Shown: positions 1 through 13,996, counted from the stretch's first letter. The stretch is DNA of 64,000 nucleotides from Octopus vulgaris (GCA_951406725.2 OX597815.1:160456001-160520000), one strand, 5' to 3'. Translations and numbers: made by a program. The notes: a model not told the origin generated them from the sequence alone.

Positions 1-269
1 ACTTTTTGCCCCACTCCAAAAAGAATAACTCCAATGTATTAAAAAATAATTCACCCTTGGTTTTCTTTTGGGTGATTTTGTTCCATTCTTTCAACGATAA
101 CATTAAGATGCACAGACTAGATGTGACACTTTTAGACTGCTAGTGGCAAAAAAACCATGCCATACAAATATTTCTCTCAGCCTTTTCTGGTGATTGCCAG
201 GATCAATCAGTGTTTAATAAAATCAAAATGTGTTGCACAAAATAAAACACCAATGAAAAACACTTACAG

Positions 270-510
270 CCAAAGACTTTTAATTAATTTCTGAAATAAT
301 GAAGATCTTGGAAGAATTTAGTAAAATAACTAATTTTGTTTGTTATCAAAGAGGTGTTTGAAACATAACTTCACAAAAGATTTTACTATAAAATTATGGG
401 AAGTTTTAATTTAAATATGAATTCTTTAAACTAAAGAAAGAGCTTTAGATCATAGAACAACAGGAAGTTTGAGGGAGATTTATGAAGAGAATAATCCAAA
501 GGGTTTAAAC
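270..510. mobile_element. Decayed piggyBac-like MITE (same family as 25630-25812 and 57310-57529)
   Basis: Shares gaatttagtaaaataact, caggaagttt and a terminal aaagggtttaa with the better preserved copies. Confidence 0.4.
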
Positions 511-575
511 AAATAGAGATTAATGCTATCATTCACTCTCACCATTAACATATTCTCTGTATCTTTCTTTTTATC

Positions 576-701
576 ACCACCAACACAACCATTACCACCA
601 CCACCGCTGCCGCCGCCGCCACCAGCACCGCTGCCGCCACCACCACCACCACCACCATCATCATCATCGACATCATCATCAACGTTGTTGTTGATTACAT
701 T

Positions 702-737
<36 letters not shown>

Positions 738-738
738 T
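576..738. repeat. Compound trinucleotide microsatellite (CCA/CCG/TCA/TAG)
   Basis: Seen directly; explains the poly-Pro ORF 523-705. Confidence 0.95.
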
Positions 739-1042
739 CAAAAGCAAAATGTAATTTGTTTTTTTTCCCCCATGCTAGCTGATATAGTAGATGAGCAATT
801 ATTTCTAAAACTTATTTTGCTTTAATACTACTGTCACCAGTAGACTATTTTGGTTCCTTCAATTGTCATTATTGTACTTTCTGCTGTTGGTATTTTGTAA
901 GCTAGAATCTTGTACAAGGTGGTGTCAAAAGGTTCCAGAACAAGCTATGTTTAAAACAAATAACTTTTTTTTTACTTAAGTTTTGAAACAGTCACTTTGC
1001 TCGGCAATACACTAGTCCCAGCATTCCAGACACTTTTGGAAT

Positions 1043-1090
1043 TATCATCATCATCATCATCATCGTTTAACATCCGCTTTTCGTGCTGGC
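1043..1090 (-). mobile_element. ~48-bp 3' tip of an RTE-type retroelement inserted in the mariner
   Basis: (ATC)n followed by gtttaacatccgctttt-cgtgctggc, matching the RTE-type 3' ends elsewhere; absent from the sister mariner copy. Confidence 0.75.
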
Positions 1091-1756
1091 CTGGAAATCA
1101 TTTTCCATATGTGAGTCTAGGACATTCTGCAATTTTCTCTGTATCTCAACAATGATGTTAAAACGGTGACCTTTGGGCTGCATTTTCATCTTGGGGGAAG
1201 AGATGAATGTCTGCAGGTGCTACATCTGGTGAATAAGGTAGGATCAGAAGCAATGAGAAACTCATGAGTGAGGAGAGCTCTGCGACAAGGCACATTGTTG
1301 CCATGAAGAATCCAATTCTTCATGCCACTCTGATCCCATCACTTTCATCAAATGTCCTCTCTCAAATGCTTCAAAGCGTTGCAATAGAATTTTTGATTGA
1401 TGGTCTGGCCTTGGGGAAAGAATTATTGATGCATAATTCCACATTTCTTGAGGTGACACTCATGGCAGGTCTTCCAGATCATTCTTTGTCTTCTAGGAAC
1501 ATTCTTTGACATTTGAAGCACCTATGCTTCTCAAAACATTGCATACAACCCATTGCCATATCACCATAAGCTTGCCAAAGCATGCTCAATGCTTCTGTAG
1601 CAGACTTCCCAAATTTAACACAAAATTTCACATTGGTTCTTTGTTCCTGTCTATGATAAAATCACAGACTACAGCATACACATGATCACATAAATACAAA
1701 TTTCACAACTTGTGAAGTAAATGCAGCAATGTCACTCAACTCACTGCTTCATGAAG

Positions 1757-1831
1757 TTCACTGTGAGCTTTCACTGTGAGCTTTCACTGTGAGCTTTCAC
1801 TGTGAGCTTTCACTGTGAGCTTTCACTGTGA
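1757..1831. repeat. Perfect 13-bp tandem repeat (ttcactgtgagct) x5.8
   Basis: Seen directly. Confidence 0.95.
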
Positions 1832-2494
1832 ACAAAACTGTGCGCTGCTATCTTTTGGTATACTACAGAACTAGTCCAGGAATTTCTTTGATACCACCTC
1901 ACACACATTCTACCAGTATACGAAGTTTAAATGTGTTTAGTTACAAAGAAATTATTTAAAAAAATCTGCCGATCAAAGCGAAAAGATCATCAGTTATAAT
2001 AAAAGCAATTAGTAACAAACCCACTTACTAAGTTTTTAAGTGCTGGGCTAAACTTTACATCTTTGACATTTACATTGCCAAAGCAAAGGATAAACTCCAA
2101 TAAGTAACTAAAACTAAGGATACATTCACTGACCAAAAAATTTTCTCTACCTACCAACATCCTTTTTTGAACCATTAAAAGCAATCCCATGACCTAAAGC
2201 TAACACACCTAAATATACACACCTCTTTACAACGTTCTTCATGCATGAATAAATTTTGAAAAAATAACATAACCCCAGATATAATCAATAAAAATTTCTC
2301 CACAACATCTCTCCATCACAACCTACCCTACAACCAGATTATCTTTCAACTGAATACAACAAACCCCAGAAAAATTTGATCTTAACAGAGACTATATGAA
2401 GCCGAGATTAACTTCAATACATTGCAGTCCAGTGATGGTTTTGCTGGCCAAAACTCTGAAGACACTATCAATACTATTCTTGTTGAAGAATGTG

Positions 2495-2545
<51 letters not shown>

Positions 2546-2554
2546 GTATCCGTT

Positions 2555-2935
2555 TATTCTTTTACTTGTTTAAATCATTTGACTGTGGCCATGCTGGAGT
2601 ACCACCTTGAAGAGTTTTAGTTGCATTGCAGAAATCGACCCAGGATTTATTTTTGAAGCCTAGCACTTATTCTATCAGTCTCTTTTACCAAACTGCTAAT
2701 TTTTGAGGATGTAAACCCACCAACACCAGCTGTCAAGCTGTGATGGGGGATAAACACATACACACACACAAGATGGGCTTCTTTCAATTTCTGTCTGCCA
2801 AGTCCACTCACAAAGCTTTGGTCAGCCTGAGGCTATAGTAGAAGACACTTGCCAAAGATGTTATGAAATGAGACTGAACCTAGAACCAAGTGGTTGAGAA
2901 GTAAGTGTCTTACCACAAAGCCTTGCTTGTGCCTA
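2555..2935 (-). mobile_element. tRNA-headed SINE, family A
   Basis: Collinear with 13997-14420 (head, ggcaagtgtcttctactatagcc core, CA tract, ctccagcatggccacagtc tail). Confidence 0.85.
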
Positions 2936-3089
2936 TATATGTATGTATATTCCTTACATTTATGGAAAACACTTGCATGCTGACAGTACTGCTGTGCTCT
3001 CTCTTCAAATGCAGGCATTAATGTCATACCAAGCAGTGAAGATGCTCCATAGGTGTTTTGGCCACTTCTGCCATAACACCACAGCTGCC

Positions 3090-3400
3090 CAGGGTCACCC
3101 GGAAATGTAGGCAACAAAATTCCAACACAACAGCATAGGCTTTATTGAGTCAGATGTTGTGACTCTGGGCCAGATGTTTCTATCATCCGCAATGATCCTT
3201 CTTGCTGCACCGCTCCTCCCCTCTCTTGAGTTAAATGTAATGGCTTACTTTCCCAGCAGCTTCTGACAATTTTCTCTCTGTCTCACTGTGATACATATTT
3301 GCTAAGAAATTATTAATGCAATGCTTGGAGTTACTGGTTACAGTAACTTCTGAAATATTGGATATTGAGCAGCACAGGAAACAATCAAATAAACAAACAG
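3090..3400 (-). mobile_element. Possible 3' end of an RLE-type non-LTR element (HERO-like)
   Basis: Minus strand reads KLSEAAGKVSHYI*LKRG, recalling the C-terminal LSEAAE-AS-W-W-KR motif; short and degenerate. Confidence 0.3.
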
Positions 3401-4015
3401 AGCAAGTGGCAACTAATTTGTGATGATTGGATATGTTGGATAAAAAGAAAATGCTAGCTGCCTGATCGGAACAACTGACGACACATTTATAAGAATGTGA
3501 ATGAAGAATTTATGACAATAAAGGTAATTGAATTCTTCTTGCAAGAAACGAGTGAATTGTGAATTAGCTTCCAAATGTTAGGTAACTCAATAGAATTTAA
3601 AGTTACACAACACTTATAGACCTTGAAATTAAGAAGCAGCAGCTTGGTGATTTAAAGTTTTGATATCAAATATACTAAACGTTGTCTTAGCCTTTTAATG
3701 ATCAGAAGTAAAAGTAAGAAATGAACATAATCTCGCTTTAGAATCCATAAGAATAGCTATTAAAGATGTTTCAGTAAATGAACATGGTATATGGTACACG
3801 AAAGAATAGATCATATCTCATTTCCTGTTATACAAGTGAGTCGATAACGGCTAACAGAAATCTGGATTTCATACAATTCCCAATGTTGTAAATTAAATAA
3901 ATTAATTCCAAAGATGAATACTCACATGTGTGTACATACATCATCTATGCATATGCCCACATCCCTGACTACATATATATTTTATTGATCCTACTTATAA
4001 CAGAACAGTAAATTA

Positions 4016-4372
4016 TATCATCATCATCATCATCATTTAGCATCCATTTTCCATGCTGACATGGGTTAGACAGTTTGGCTGATACAGGTAAGCTAGAGAG
4101 CTATACCAGGCTCCAGTCTGATTTAGCTTGATTTCCACAGCTGAATGCCCTTCCTAATGCCAACCACTCCAAGAGTGAAGTGGTTTACCTTTTACATGTT
4201 ACTCACATTAACCATGAGTATGATTTCACTTGACTTCATGTGTCTCTCAAGCACAGTAAATTGCCAAAGGTCTCGATTACTTGTCATCTCCTCCGTGAGA
4301 TTTAACATCCAAAGTTCATGCTTCACCACCTAGTCTCATATATTCCTAGGCCTACCTCTTCCAAAGTTTCCT
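4016..4372 (-). mobile_element. 5'-truncated RTE-clade LINE (ORF C-terminus + 3' UTR + (GAT)n tail)
   Basis: Minus strand reads GRGRPRNI*D*VVKHELWMLNLTEEMTSNRDLWQ, then ggcattaggaagggcattcagctgt and a (GAT)n tail. Confidence 0.8.
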
Positions 4373-4374
4373 TA

Positions 4375-5232
4375 AATTATGCAAAAATGGAAATAACACT
4401 AACATCTCATTTTAACAGATATATTTACCAAAATTACAGAAAGATATCTTGAAATACTAAGAGTAAATTCATTCTATAAAATCGCCATTGGCTTCAACCA
4501 CAGCCTCTAGAAGACTTTGGAATCTCTTACAGCTCTTCTGGATGGTCTCTTTGTTTAAGTGGGTGAATGCTGCCATAATCCTTGCCTTAGTTCATCTTTG
4601 GTGTTACAATGAATTTTGTTGTTCTTTCACTCAGATATACCCACACATAATAATCAAGGGAGTTACAGTCTGGGGAGTTAGGTGGCCAGATGTTAGGGGT
4701 GATGTGGTCTCAGAAATTGTCTGACAGCCATGACTGGGTTCTCCTGCTTGTGTTGCATGGTGCAGAGTCCTGTTGCCAGATATAGGGTCTTCCTACAGCC
4801 ACCCTCTTCACTCAGAGCAAGCATTACCTCCTCTGGGCACTTGATGTCAGCCTCCATGTTGAATGTGAGGTCATGTGGGAAGATGAATGGAGGCATAATG
4901 TCGCCATCACTAGTGATCACTCCAAAGACCATGATGTTGGCTGGATGTTTGATTTTATCACTCTCAGTACATGTCCTCAAATTGTATTGTCCTCAAATTG
5001 ACACCCAAACACTTTGAAATGTTCATATTAGAGCTTCTGACACAAATGCCAAGCAGCACAGCATGTTGTTTCCAAATTTTTGGCAGAGTGAATTGTGTCA
5101 TGGAACTGTTTTTCTCACAGACAGTGCCCAACTGACCCTACTATACTGTGTAGACAACACAATCAAAAACAAACAATGTTCATGAGTGAAATTAAAAATG
5201 TAAAATAGCAACAATTTACCCATCGCACCCTG

Positions 5233-5234
<2 letters not shown>
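4375..5234 (-). mobile_element. Decayed, internally deleted maT-type (DD37D) Tc1/mariner transposon
   Basis: KHPANIMVFGVITSDG, then in another frame WQQD-(37 aa)-DYYVW including WPPNSPDCN. Terminus ta-cagggtgcgatgggtaaattgt at 5234. Confidence 0.85.
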
Positions 5235-5270
<36 letters not shown>

Positions 5271-6457
5271 CATACATACATACATATATATATACATATA
5301 TATATCCCTCTCTCTCTTAGAGAGGCACAAGCACCTACACACACATGTGCACATGCAGCAGTAACTTCCACCTACCAAATTCAATTACAAAGTTTTGGTC
5401 AGCCCAGGGTTATGGCAGAAGACACTTGGCCAAGGTGCCACGCAGTGGGACTGAACTCAAAACCATGTAGCTGGGAAGCAAGCTTCCTAACCACACACCC
5501 TTAGGGTCTTGTAAAGTTCCTGGCTTTAAGGGTATCGTGAAAGGCCTGGCTGGAGACCAAACCTTCCAATTTGGGCTCAATTTCACTGCACATTACCTTG
5601 GGTAAACATCTTCTACAATAAGCCCTGAACTGACTAATATCTGAGTAGCTAAACCTGGATTTTAATATTTATTAATTATTTAAATCAACAAGATGGTAAT
5701 GTTATTAGGATCAACTTTCCTTTCATCCTTTTGGAGGTCAATAAAATAAATAGCAGCTGAACACTGGGGTCAATTTAGTGAATATAGCCCGGACCCCAAA
5801 CCTGCTGGTCTTGTGTCAAAATTTGAAACCAATATTTATTAATTGTTTAAATGAATGCTAACATTCAAGATGCATAACATTATTCTAACCTTTGTCTTTA
5901 TAGCATTGAACTTTCTTTCTTTCAAAAATATATATGTTGATCTTAATATCAAGATGTCTTTGTATCATATCACTTGTAGAATTCTTAGCTCCAGCCAGTT
6001 AAATTGTAATTATAAATTATATAAAGTATTAAAGGGGAAATGATCTGAAGATATTGACTGAGATAACTATTTTTTGATAAGGGATTAATAATTGCTTTTT
6101 TGCTGCACAACTTTAGCTAAAATATTAACTATTTCTATCCAACAATTAAGATTAGTATTGAAGTTATCTTTCTCTAGTTTCAGCTCAGAGCTGAGGCCAT
6201 GCTGATGCACCACCATTTACATTAATTAATTATTTCTAACATAAACACTATACCACAAATTTGGAGGTAAAAGCTAGCCATTTAAAAGTATTGGAGCACT
6301 TGACTGGTATTTTTAGTTTCCCCACCCCAGAAGGATGGATCACATCCTTCATTACAGAAGGATTTGAATTCAAAATGTAGACAGCAGAAAGAAATAGCTC
6401 AAGGCAATTTGTCCGACAGTCTAAAGAGTTTGCTAATTTAATACTTAATGTATTGAT

Positions 6458-6935
6458 ATCATCATCATTATCATCATTTAACGTCCACTTTCCATGCTAG
6501 CATGGGTTGGACGATTTGACTGAGGACTGGCAAACCAGATGGCTGCACCAGGCTCCAATCTGATCTGGCAGAGTTTCTACAGCTGGATGCGCTTCCTAAA
6601 GCCAGCCACTCTGAGAGTGTAGCGGGTGCTTTTATGTGCCACTGACACAAGGGCCTGTCAGGTGGTACTGGCAACAGCCATGCTCAAATGGTGTTTTTTA
6701 TGTGCCACCTGCACAGGAGCCAGTCTAGCGGAACTGGCAACGACCTCACTTGAATGTTTTTTCACACGCTACTGGCATAAGTGCCAGTAAGGCGAAGCTG
6801 GTAACAATTACGCTCGAATGGTGCTTTTTGTGTGCCACCAGCACAGAAGCTAGTTAGCTGCTCTGGCAATGATCACACTCGGATGGTGCTCTTAGCGCTC
6901 CACTAGCACGGATGCCAGTCATCGAATTTGATTTA
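6458..6935 (-). mobile_element. RTE-3'-derived element with internal ~65-bp tandem units
   Basis: Inverted, collinear copy of 41235-41712; (GAT)n tail. Confidence 0.85.
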
Positions 6936-7646
6936 GTTGATGCCACAAACAATAGGTTTTACATATTTCTGATTTTGCCTGGTGACACCACAGCTAAAAC
7001 TGCATTTCTAAAACTAGCGTTTTTCTTCAGGCCAGAATAAAATACTTTAGCTCTGATCAAAGGATAGCACTCTGCAAAGTTCTTGTAAAATTCTTAAGGA
7101 AGTACTGCTCTTCATATTTGGGACAGTGATGCCTCTTCACAGATCTCAAACCACATACAGATGAATGATTGATTGGCAAAGACACACCTGCTCACCAACA
7201 AACTGCATCCTCTGTCCATAAAGTTACTGTGTATGAAGGCGTGGTGTTTATATACAACAGCTTTCACAAAAGCATTACGTTTAAAGACAATGTTTACATC
7301 CCTATATCTAATTTTGGCTAAACTTTTGGATGTAACATCTATTTTCCATGTTGGCATGGGTTGGATGTTTTGGCAGGGCAGAAGACTGCACCAGGCTTCA
7401 CTGTCTGTTTTGGCATGGTTTTTATGGCTGGATGCTGTCCCTGTTTACAAACATTACTCGTTTCCAAGTAGGGTAATATTTCCAATGACCAGACATATTT
7501 TCACAGAAAATTAGAAATGAAAGACACCACATGTATGATAGTAACATTCATTTACAACCACCAAGTGATGTCAGAGCAATTAATGACAACACACACACAC
7601 ACACACACATATAACTATATGTATGTGTGTGTGTATGTCTGTGTGT

Positions 7647-7710
<64 letters not shown>

Positions 7711-9519
7711 TTATGATGGGATTCTTTCAGTTTCCATGTTACAAGATCCTGTCACAAGGTTTCAATCCTCCCAGAGTTTTAGTAGAAGACACTTGATCAA
7801 GGTGCTATATGTATATATATGTGTGTGTGCATGTATGTCTTTGTGTTTGTGCATGCCCTCTACACTGTTTGACAACTAGTACTGGTTTGTTTACACCCCT
7901 GTAACTTGGCAGTTTCAACACTGCACTCAATACGTTTGACTAATCCTTTCAAGATGGTGCCCCAGCATAGCTGCAGTTCAATGACCAACACAAATAAAAG
8001 ATAAATAATAAAGAATATTCAGCATATCACAATTGCAGTTTGAGATAATCAGTTGATTCCATACTAAAGGACTGCTTATGAAACATTTATCAAGATACTG
8101 AAAGTGAAACTAAATCTTGAATCTATGAATATCATATTCAGTTAAACTGGTTCTTTTATTGGTTTCTGTAATTGGGCTGCGGTCATGCTGGGGTAATGCC
8201 TCTGATGGCATAGTCAATTATATCAATTTCAGTATTATATTTTCATTATTAGTAATTTATTTTATTGAGCTTCTGGATGATGAAGTGCAAAATGAGCCTG
8301 AATAAGATTTGAACTCAAACCTAAAGGGATGAAATCAAACACCACAAGGTCTTTTGTCCATCCCTTGACTGTTTCTGCCATTTAGATCTACCCCTACTCT
8401 GCCACTACAGACGGTGCTATTTTAAGTGAGGGCAGCTTTTCTGTAGTCACATAACCTGCTAGGAAAAACAGAGAAACCACTCACAAATTGAACCACACCA
8501 TCTTCATTAGCAAATAAGCAAAAAAGGACACATTGGATTATGCAATCTGCAGTACTTTGAAGTAAAGCTGGGATGGTCATAGCTATAATGTCTCTGTTTT
8601 CAAAAACTTTAAATTCTTTAGACTTTAATTAGCTCGTTTTTATTTTAGTTTGGTTTGTGCTTTTTCCTTTGCATTTTGTTAATAAGTAATTCCACAGAAA
8701 TATATGTCAATTATAAGCTGAAAGATTTCTTTTGATATGTTAGAGAACATGTTAGAGAACAAGAACATATCAAGGCATGAAACCCAGTTTTCAGAATATG
8801 TTTTTCAATTAATAATTCTACCAAATAACTTTACTCTTGCTGGAAATTTTTCTTTCCTTGGGAATTTTAATCATATACAGAATGAAAGACAGGTTTATAA
8901 TTTCTATAAACTGATAACTATACATTTTTTTGAAGGGACACAAAAGAAAAGTTTTGGTGATGAGGTCAAAATGTTACAAATGTTTTCAACAAAATTATTT
9001 TTTCTATCTTTTTTTCCCCCCTTTTTTAAATCTAAAATTATATGATGAAAATCTTAGCTGAAAGATACAAATGTAATTTAAAACTGGAAAATAAGGTTAT
9101 GGAAAATTGTTACTGATAACAAGGCAATGTAGGAATAATAGAAAAATTGCAAATGAATGAGAAAGTGATTTTTTTTCTTTAAAAAAAATTGAGTTAATAG
9201 TTTATATGTGTTGAAAGAGAGCAATGGAGAATATTACGGCAGTACAGAATAGAAACGAGTAAAGAAAGTATGAAAATGTCTCTTTAAGGGAAAATTTATT
9301 CTGGAGGCAGCATTAGATTAATAGCATGATTGGTAAAGAGGAAAATGGTAAAAGAAAAAGGAGTTCAACACAAGAAATACAAGAGATAAGGAAACAATCA
9401 CTTTCAAGAGGAAAAATTTATTCTTTGTTTTTGGTTTTAAACAGTGAAAAAGTTTGTGTGCATACAAACATGGAAGTGTATACATGTACACAAGCTTTCA
9501 CATTCTAGCATCACATGTA

Positions 9520-9595
9520 TATTTGATAATACATGTGTGTATATAATTATACACACATACATACACACACACACACATATACATACATACATACA

Positions 9596-9630
<35 letters not shown>

Positions 9631-9870
9631 GTATATGCATGTTCAGTTATATATATTTCAGCTTGAATGCATGTATAAATTTCCGTGTATACTGGTACAC
9701 ATATATACATGCATGCATGCCTACATATATACATACGCATACAGAGAGAGAGAGAAATGTATATACATGTGTACAGATATATGTATATATATATCAGTGT
9801 GTGTATGTGTTTGTATAATCATATATAAATACATGTATTTGTATGTATGCATGTGCGTTTGTGTAAATAT
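9520..9870. repeat. Compound (CA)/(TACA)/(TA) microsatellite
   Basis: Seen directly. Confidence 0.9.
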
Positions 9871-10907
9871 GACTTCCTTTAACTACTTTATAATAAGTGT
9901 TATTGACTTACCAATATTCCAGTTACCATCCATCATCAACTACATGCCAATATCAATTGTCAATGTTATTCAAGCTATCATCTCTAAACATCACAAGACA
10001 CCAAATTATGCAACTCATTTCATTCCAATCCCAAATGCTTTTCCCATTCTATTGCCCATCTTTTATTGTAATCACACTCCTCACCTGACAAACACAATAT
10101 GCATCCCATTTCATTTCCTTTCTCTTAGTTATTCTCTGTTTATCTCTACGATGATTTAAAATCAGTTTGAACATGCTAACAGGATCAGATATGTTTGCAC
10201 AATATCTCATCTTCATGAATCCCTATCATATCTCATATCATATGCATGGATTAATTTTCCTAAATTCTTACATCATTACTTTACCCTTAGCTTTTTTTTT
10301 TTTTCCTTGACTTGCAATGAAAGAATTATTCTCAAGATTTTAATTTGCATTCTTAATATTTTCTCAAATAAAGAAACACAAATCACAAATATGAAATAGA
10401 AGAATCAAGAGACAGCAACTGAGATAAATAGCAATGTCAGATGAAAATATCATCTTCATGACCTAACACATGTCATGCTTTCAAATAGCTTAGCTATCTC
10501 TCCTAATATCGCTCAGGAAGTTGAATATCATTTTTGTTGAAGTGATCACCCATGAGACTACAGTACTGTCACAAAACATATAAATGCTATTACGAGTCAA
10601 TCTCAAACAAACCCTGTTGAGAAAAGCAACAAAAGTAATTCTCAGTTAATTTCTCAATATATATTTCACCCTGTTGCTCCCTCAGGTTCATATTTTACAT
10701 ATGATGGAATATTATCATTATTAGTATCATTTTTTTTAGTCTGGCATTTGTTGGATGAGTTTCCAATTTATGATATTCCCAGTTGTTGTTGCTTAGCTCA
10801 AGTCAGGCCTGATTTAGAAAACCTATAATCGATAGTATCCCAGTATGGCCATCCTGCTTTCACTCAAGCTTTATGTGTCAAAAACTACATTATTAAATAT
10901 ACCCCTA

Positions 10908-11122
10908 AGGTAGTAAGCTGGCAAAATCATTACCATGTCTGACAAAATGCTTAGCAACATTTCTTTCAACTCTTTATGTTCTGAGTTCAAATTCTGCCAA
11001 GGTCAGTTTTACCTTTCATCCTTTTAGAGTCACTTAAATAAAGTACCATTCAAGTACTGGGGACAATATTATCAACCTGCCACCTTCCATAAAATTTCTT
11101 GTTCTCATAATAGAAAGAATTT
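10908..11122 (+). mobile_element. SINE family B
   Basis: gctggca head, gagttcaaattc B-box-like motif, cctttcatcctttt...taaagtacc central domain. Confidence 0.75.
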
Positions 11123-11337
11123 TTAAATACACCTCTAACTTTGATGCTAATAAGGTGAAATTTGAGAGAGGTTTGGTTGCTATTTCTGGCTGGTTGAGCC
11201 ACTACAGATTGCAAAGTGGTTATTTTGTTAAGTTTTTATACTAAACCTGGCAGTATTAGATTGTTAGAGGACACTTCTTTCTAGGTCTTTTTTTGGTTAC
11301 TTCCAAGTCAATACATTTTGCTATCAAAATATTTTCT

Positions 11338-11755
11338 AGGTGTGGCTGCTGGTAAAAAGAGCTTGCTTCCCAAACACATGGTTCTAAGTTCAGTCCCACT
11401 GCATGCACCTTGGGCAAGTGTCTTCTACAATAACCTCAGGCTGACCAAAGTGCTGTGAGTAGATTGTTAGATGGAAACTGAAAGAAACCTGCTGCATATA
11501 AATATGTATATGCATGTGTGGGTGTGTGTGTCTTTGTGTCAATGTTTGTCCCCCACCACTGCCTGACAACCGTTGTTAGTGCATTTATGCTCCTGTAACG
11601 TAGTGGCTTGACAAAAGTGATCGATAGAATAAATACCAGGCTTTAAAAAAATGAATAAGTACTGAGGTTAATTTGTTCAGCTAAAAGTTTTTTCAAGGTG
11701 GTGGCCTAGCTTGGCCACATTCTAAGGACTGAAACGAGTAAAAGATAACAGACAA
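11338..11755 (+). mobile_element. SINE family A
   Basis: Collinear with 13997-14420. Confidence 0.85.
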
Positions 11756-11884
11756 ACGATATCTTTCATCCACAGTAATGATATCTGTATACATTACAGG
11801 TGCATACAAGCATCCAACCTATGTGAACCAAATGACCAATACCTTGTTGCAAAAATCTGGGGTTTTTTTCAGCTCAATTGTGAA

Positions 11885-12017
11885 CATCATCATCATCATC
11901 ATCATCGTTTTAACGCCCGCTTTCCATGCTGGCATGGGTTGGACGATTTGACTGAGGTCTGGCGAACCAGATGGCTGCACCAGACTCCAGTCTGATCTGG
12001 CAGAGTTTCTACAGCTG
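11885..12017 (-). mobile_element. RTE-type 3' end fragment
   Basis: (ATC)n + near identity to 6458-6585. Confidence 0.8.
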
Positions 12018-12332
12018 CTTTCTCATAAACTGACATTGTGTACCCAACGTCTCTTCTATTGCCACATATCTTTCATACTCATCACCTTTCTTTCAGTAAC
12101 ATACTTACACATATTTCATAAAATCTCTTCTCATGAAGTGAAGATGAATTTTGTTGTCAGAAGACATAACAGCACTTTATATTTCTTGAATCTCATTAAT
12201 ATCCTAGCTACAAGACACTTTCACTGTAGGCTACACATTCATATATTGGCTCCATTGCATTTTTTCACATTTTTTGTCTTTTTTCACATTTTTTGTCATG
12301 GTGGTGGTGGTGGTGTGGCAGTTCATAAATAA

Positions 12333-12748
12333 TTTTACTCTTTTACTCTTTTACTTGTTTCAGTCATTTGACTGCGGCCATGCTAGAGAACTGCCTTTAG
12401 TTGACCAAATCGACCCCAAAACTTATTCTTTGGAAGCCTAGTACTTATTCTATCGTTCTCTTTTGCTGAACCACTAAGTTACGGGGATGGAAACACACCA
12501 CCATCAGTAGTCAAGCGATGTTGGGGGGACAAACACAGACACACAAACATATATACACACATACATATCTATGTATATATGCATATATACGACAGGCTTC
12601 TTTCAGTTTCCATCTACCAAACCCACTCACAAGGCTTTGGTCAGCCTGAGGCTATAATAGAAGACACTTGCTCAAGGTTCCACACAGTGGGAATGAACCC
12701 AGAACCATGTGGTTGGTAAGCAAACTACTTACCACACAGCCACTCCTG
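12333..12748 (-). mobile_element. SINE family A
   Basis: Full-length reverse copy with (GTAAAAGA)n tail. Confidence 0.9.
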
Positions 12749-13513
12749 TTTGATAAACTTCTCACTTTGAAGTGAAGTTCATCAATGCTTAAAAATTCCA
12801 GGATCAAGTAATCCTGAATGTAAGAGTATGTCTTTCAAGAATTAATGGTAAATGGGTTCAAGAAAGAATCATAATGTACAATCCACCATTAAATTATATT
12901 CCTAACTGATACCTATGGCAATCATAACATTGCTTATATTGTCTTCGTATTCAGCCTGAACTCTTCTGTGAACTATTTATCCATACCTAGCTTTCACAGA
13001 AATCTATCAGAGTTGACAGAATTAAATAATAACTGAGTTCTTGGAATGTATCAAGGAGAGAGAGTGTTATATAATGAGAGAGAGAGAAAGACAGAGACAG
13101 AGTGAGGTAGAGAGATGAAGGGTGGCAATGGAGTGATCTGATCTAACAGGAAACTTTTGATCAAAAAGAAGATAGATGACTGAAATCCGTAAGTGGGCAA
13201 TTTAGCTGGAAGATCTCGAGATCAATGTGTTCAAACAGACAATATTCTTAAGTTCTTAAACTTACTGTTGTTGTAGTGCATAGAGGTGAACAATATAGAC
13301 CTGAACACATGAACAGACAGATTTCCAGTAGAATAGAGATTTATAATGATAAGGAAGTTACCATTACATTGTAAATTTTGGAAGTGAAAAGAAGTTGGAA
13401 CACTCCAAGAGGTTAATCTTGGAATTAGACATTCTCTAACATGATTCCAAAATATGGAAGCCATGAGATAGCAAGAATATGTATTAATTCATCAATATAA
13501 TTAAGCAATACTT

Positions 13514-13718
13514 GTGCCTTTGTGTCAATGTTTGTTCCCCACCACTGCTTGACAACCGTTGTTGGTACATTTATGTCCCTGTAACTTAGCGACTTGATAA
13601 AAGTGATCGATAGAATAAGTACCAGGCTTTAAAAAATTGAATAAGTACTAAGCTCAATTCGTTCAGCTAACAGTTTTTCAAGGTGGTGGCCCAGCTTGGT
13701 CGCAATCTAAGGACTGAA
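13514..13718 (+). mobile_element. 3' half of SINE family A with 21-bp flanking duplication
   Basis: caatataattaagcaatactt at 13493-13513 and 13735-13755. Confidence 0.8.
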
Positions 13719-13996
13719 GACAATATAATTAAGACAATATAATTAAGCAATACTTAATTAGTTGGAGTGACTGGAAAATACTTTGCATTTGGTGACAACA
13801 TATACATAACAAGAAGGAAAAACAAAATGAAAAAGTGAAGTTTGGAAAGGTTTTTATATTTCTAGCTTAGAGCTAGAAAACTTATTGTTAGAAAAAGGAA
13901 GCATATTTTCTCAAGAAATCTGCTATGTACACTGCAATATCTTTTGAAAAGTGACAAATTGAAAGGTTCTGCAAATAAATGCACAAAGTGGAACAA

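Larger units (their letters stand above)
913..1903 (-). mobile_element. Internally deleted, decayed mariner element
   Basis: Imperfect TIRs (ta-caaggtggtgtcaaaaggttccaga / tccaggaatttctttgataccacctca). Collinear with 43008-43921, which retains readable mariner motifs. Confidence 0.85.

Noticed and set aside
1757-1831. CRISPR-like periodicity (also 32892-33120 and the 65-bp units at 41235)
   Set aside because: Tandem units without unique spacers, eukaryotic context, no cas genes.
8737-9045. 102-aa ORF in unique AT-rich sequence
   Set aside because: No recognisable domain or splice structure; consistent with chance.
12780-13480. Possible ancient LINE RT remnant (also 44680-45080 and 52680-52910)
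   Set aside because: Composition is suggestive but no motif could be read with confidence.
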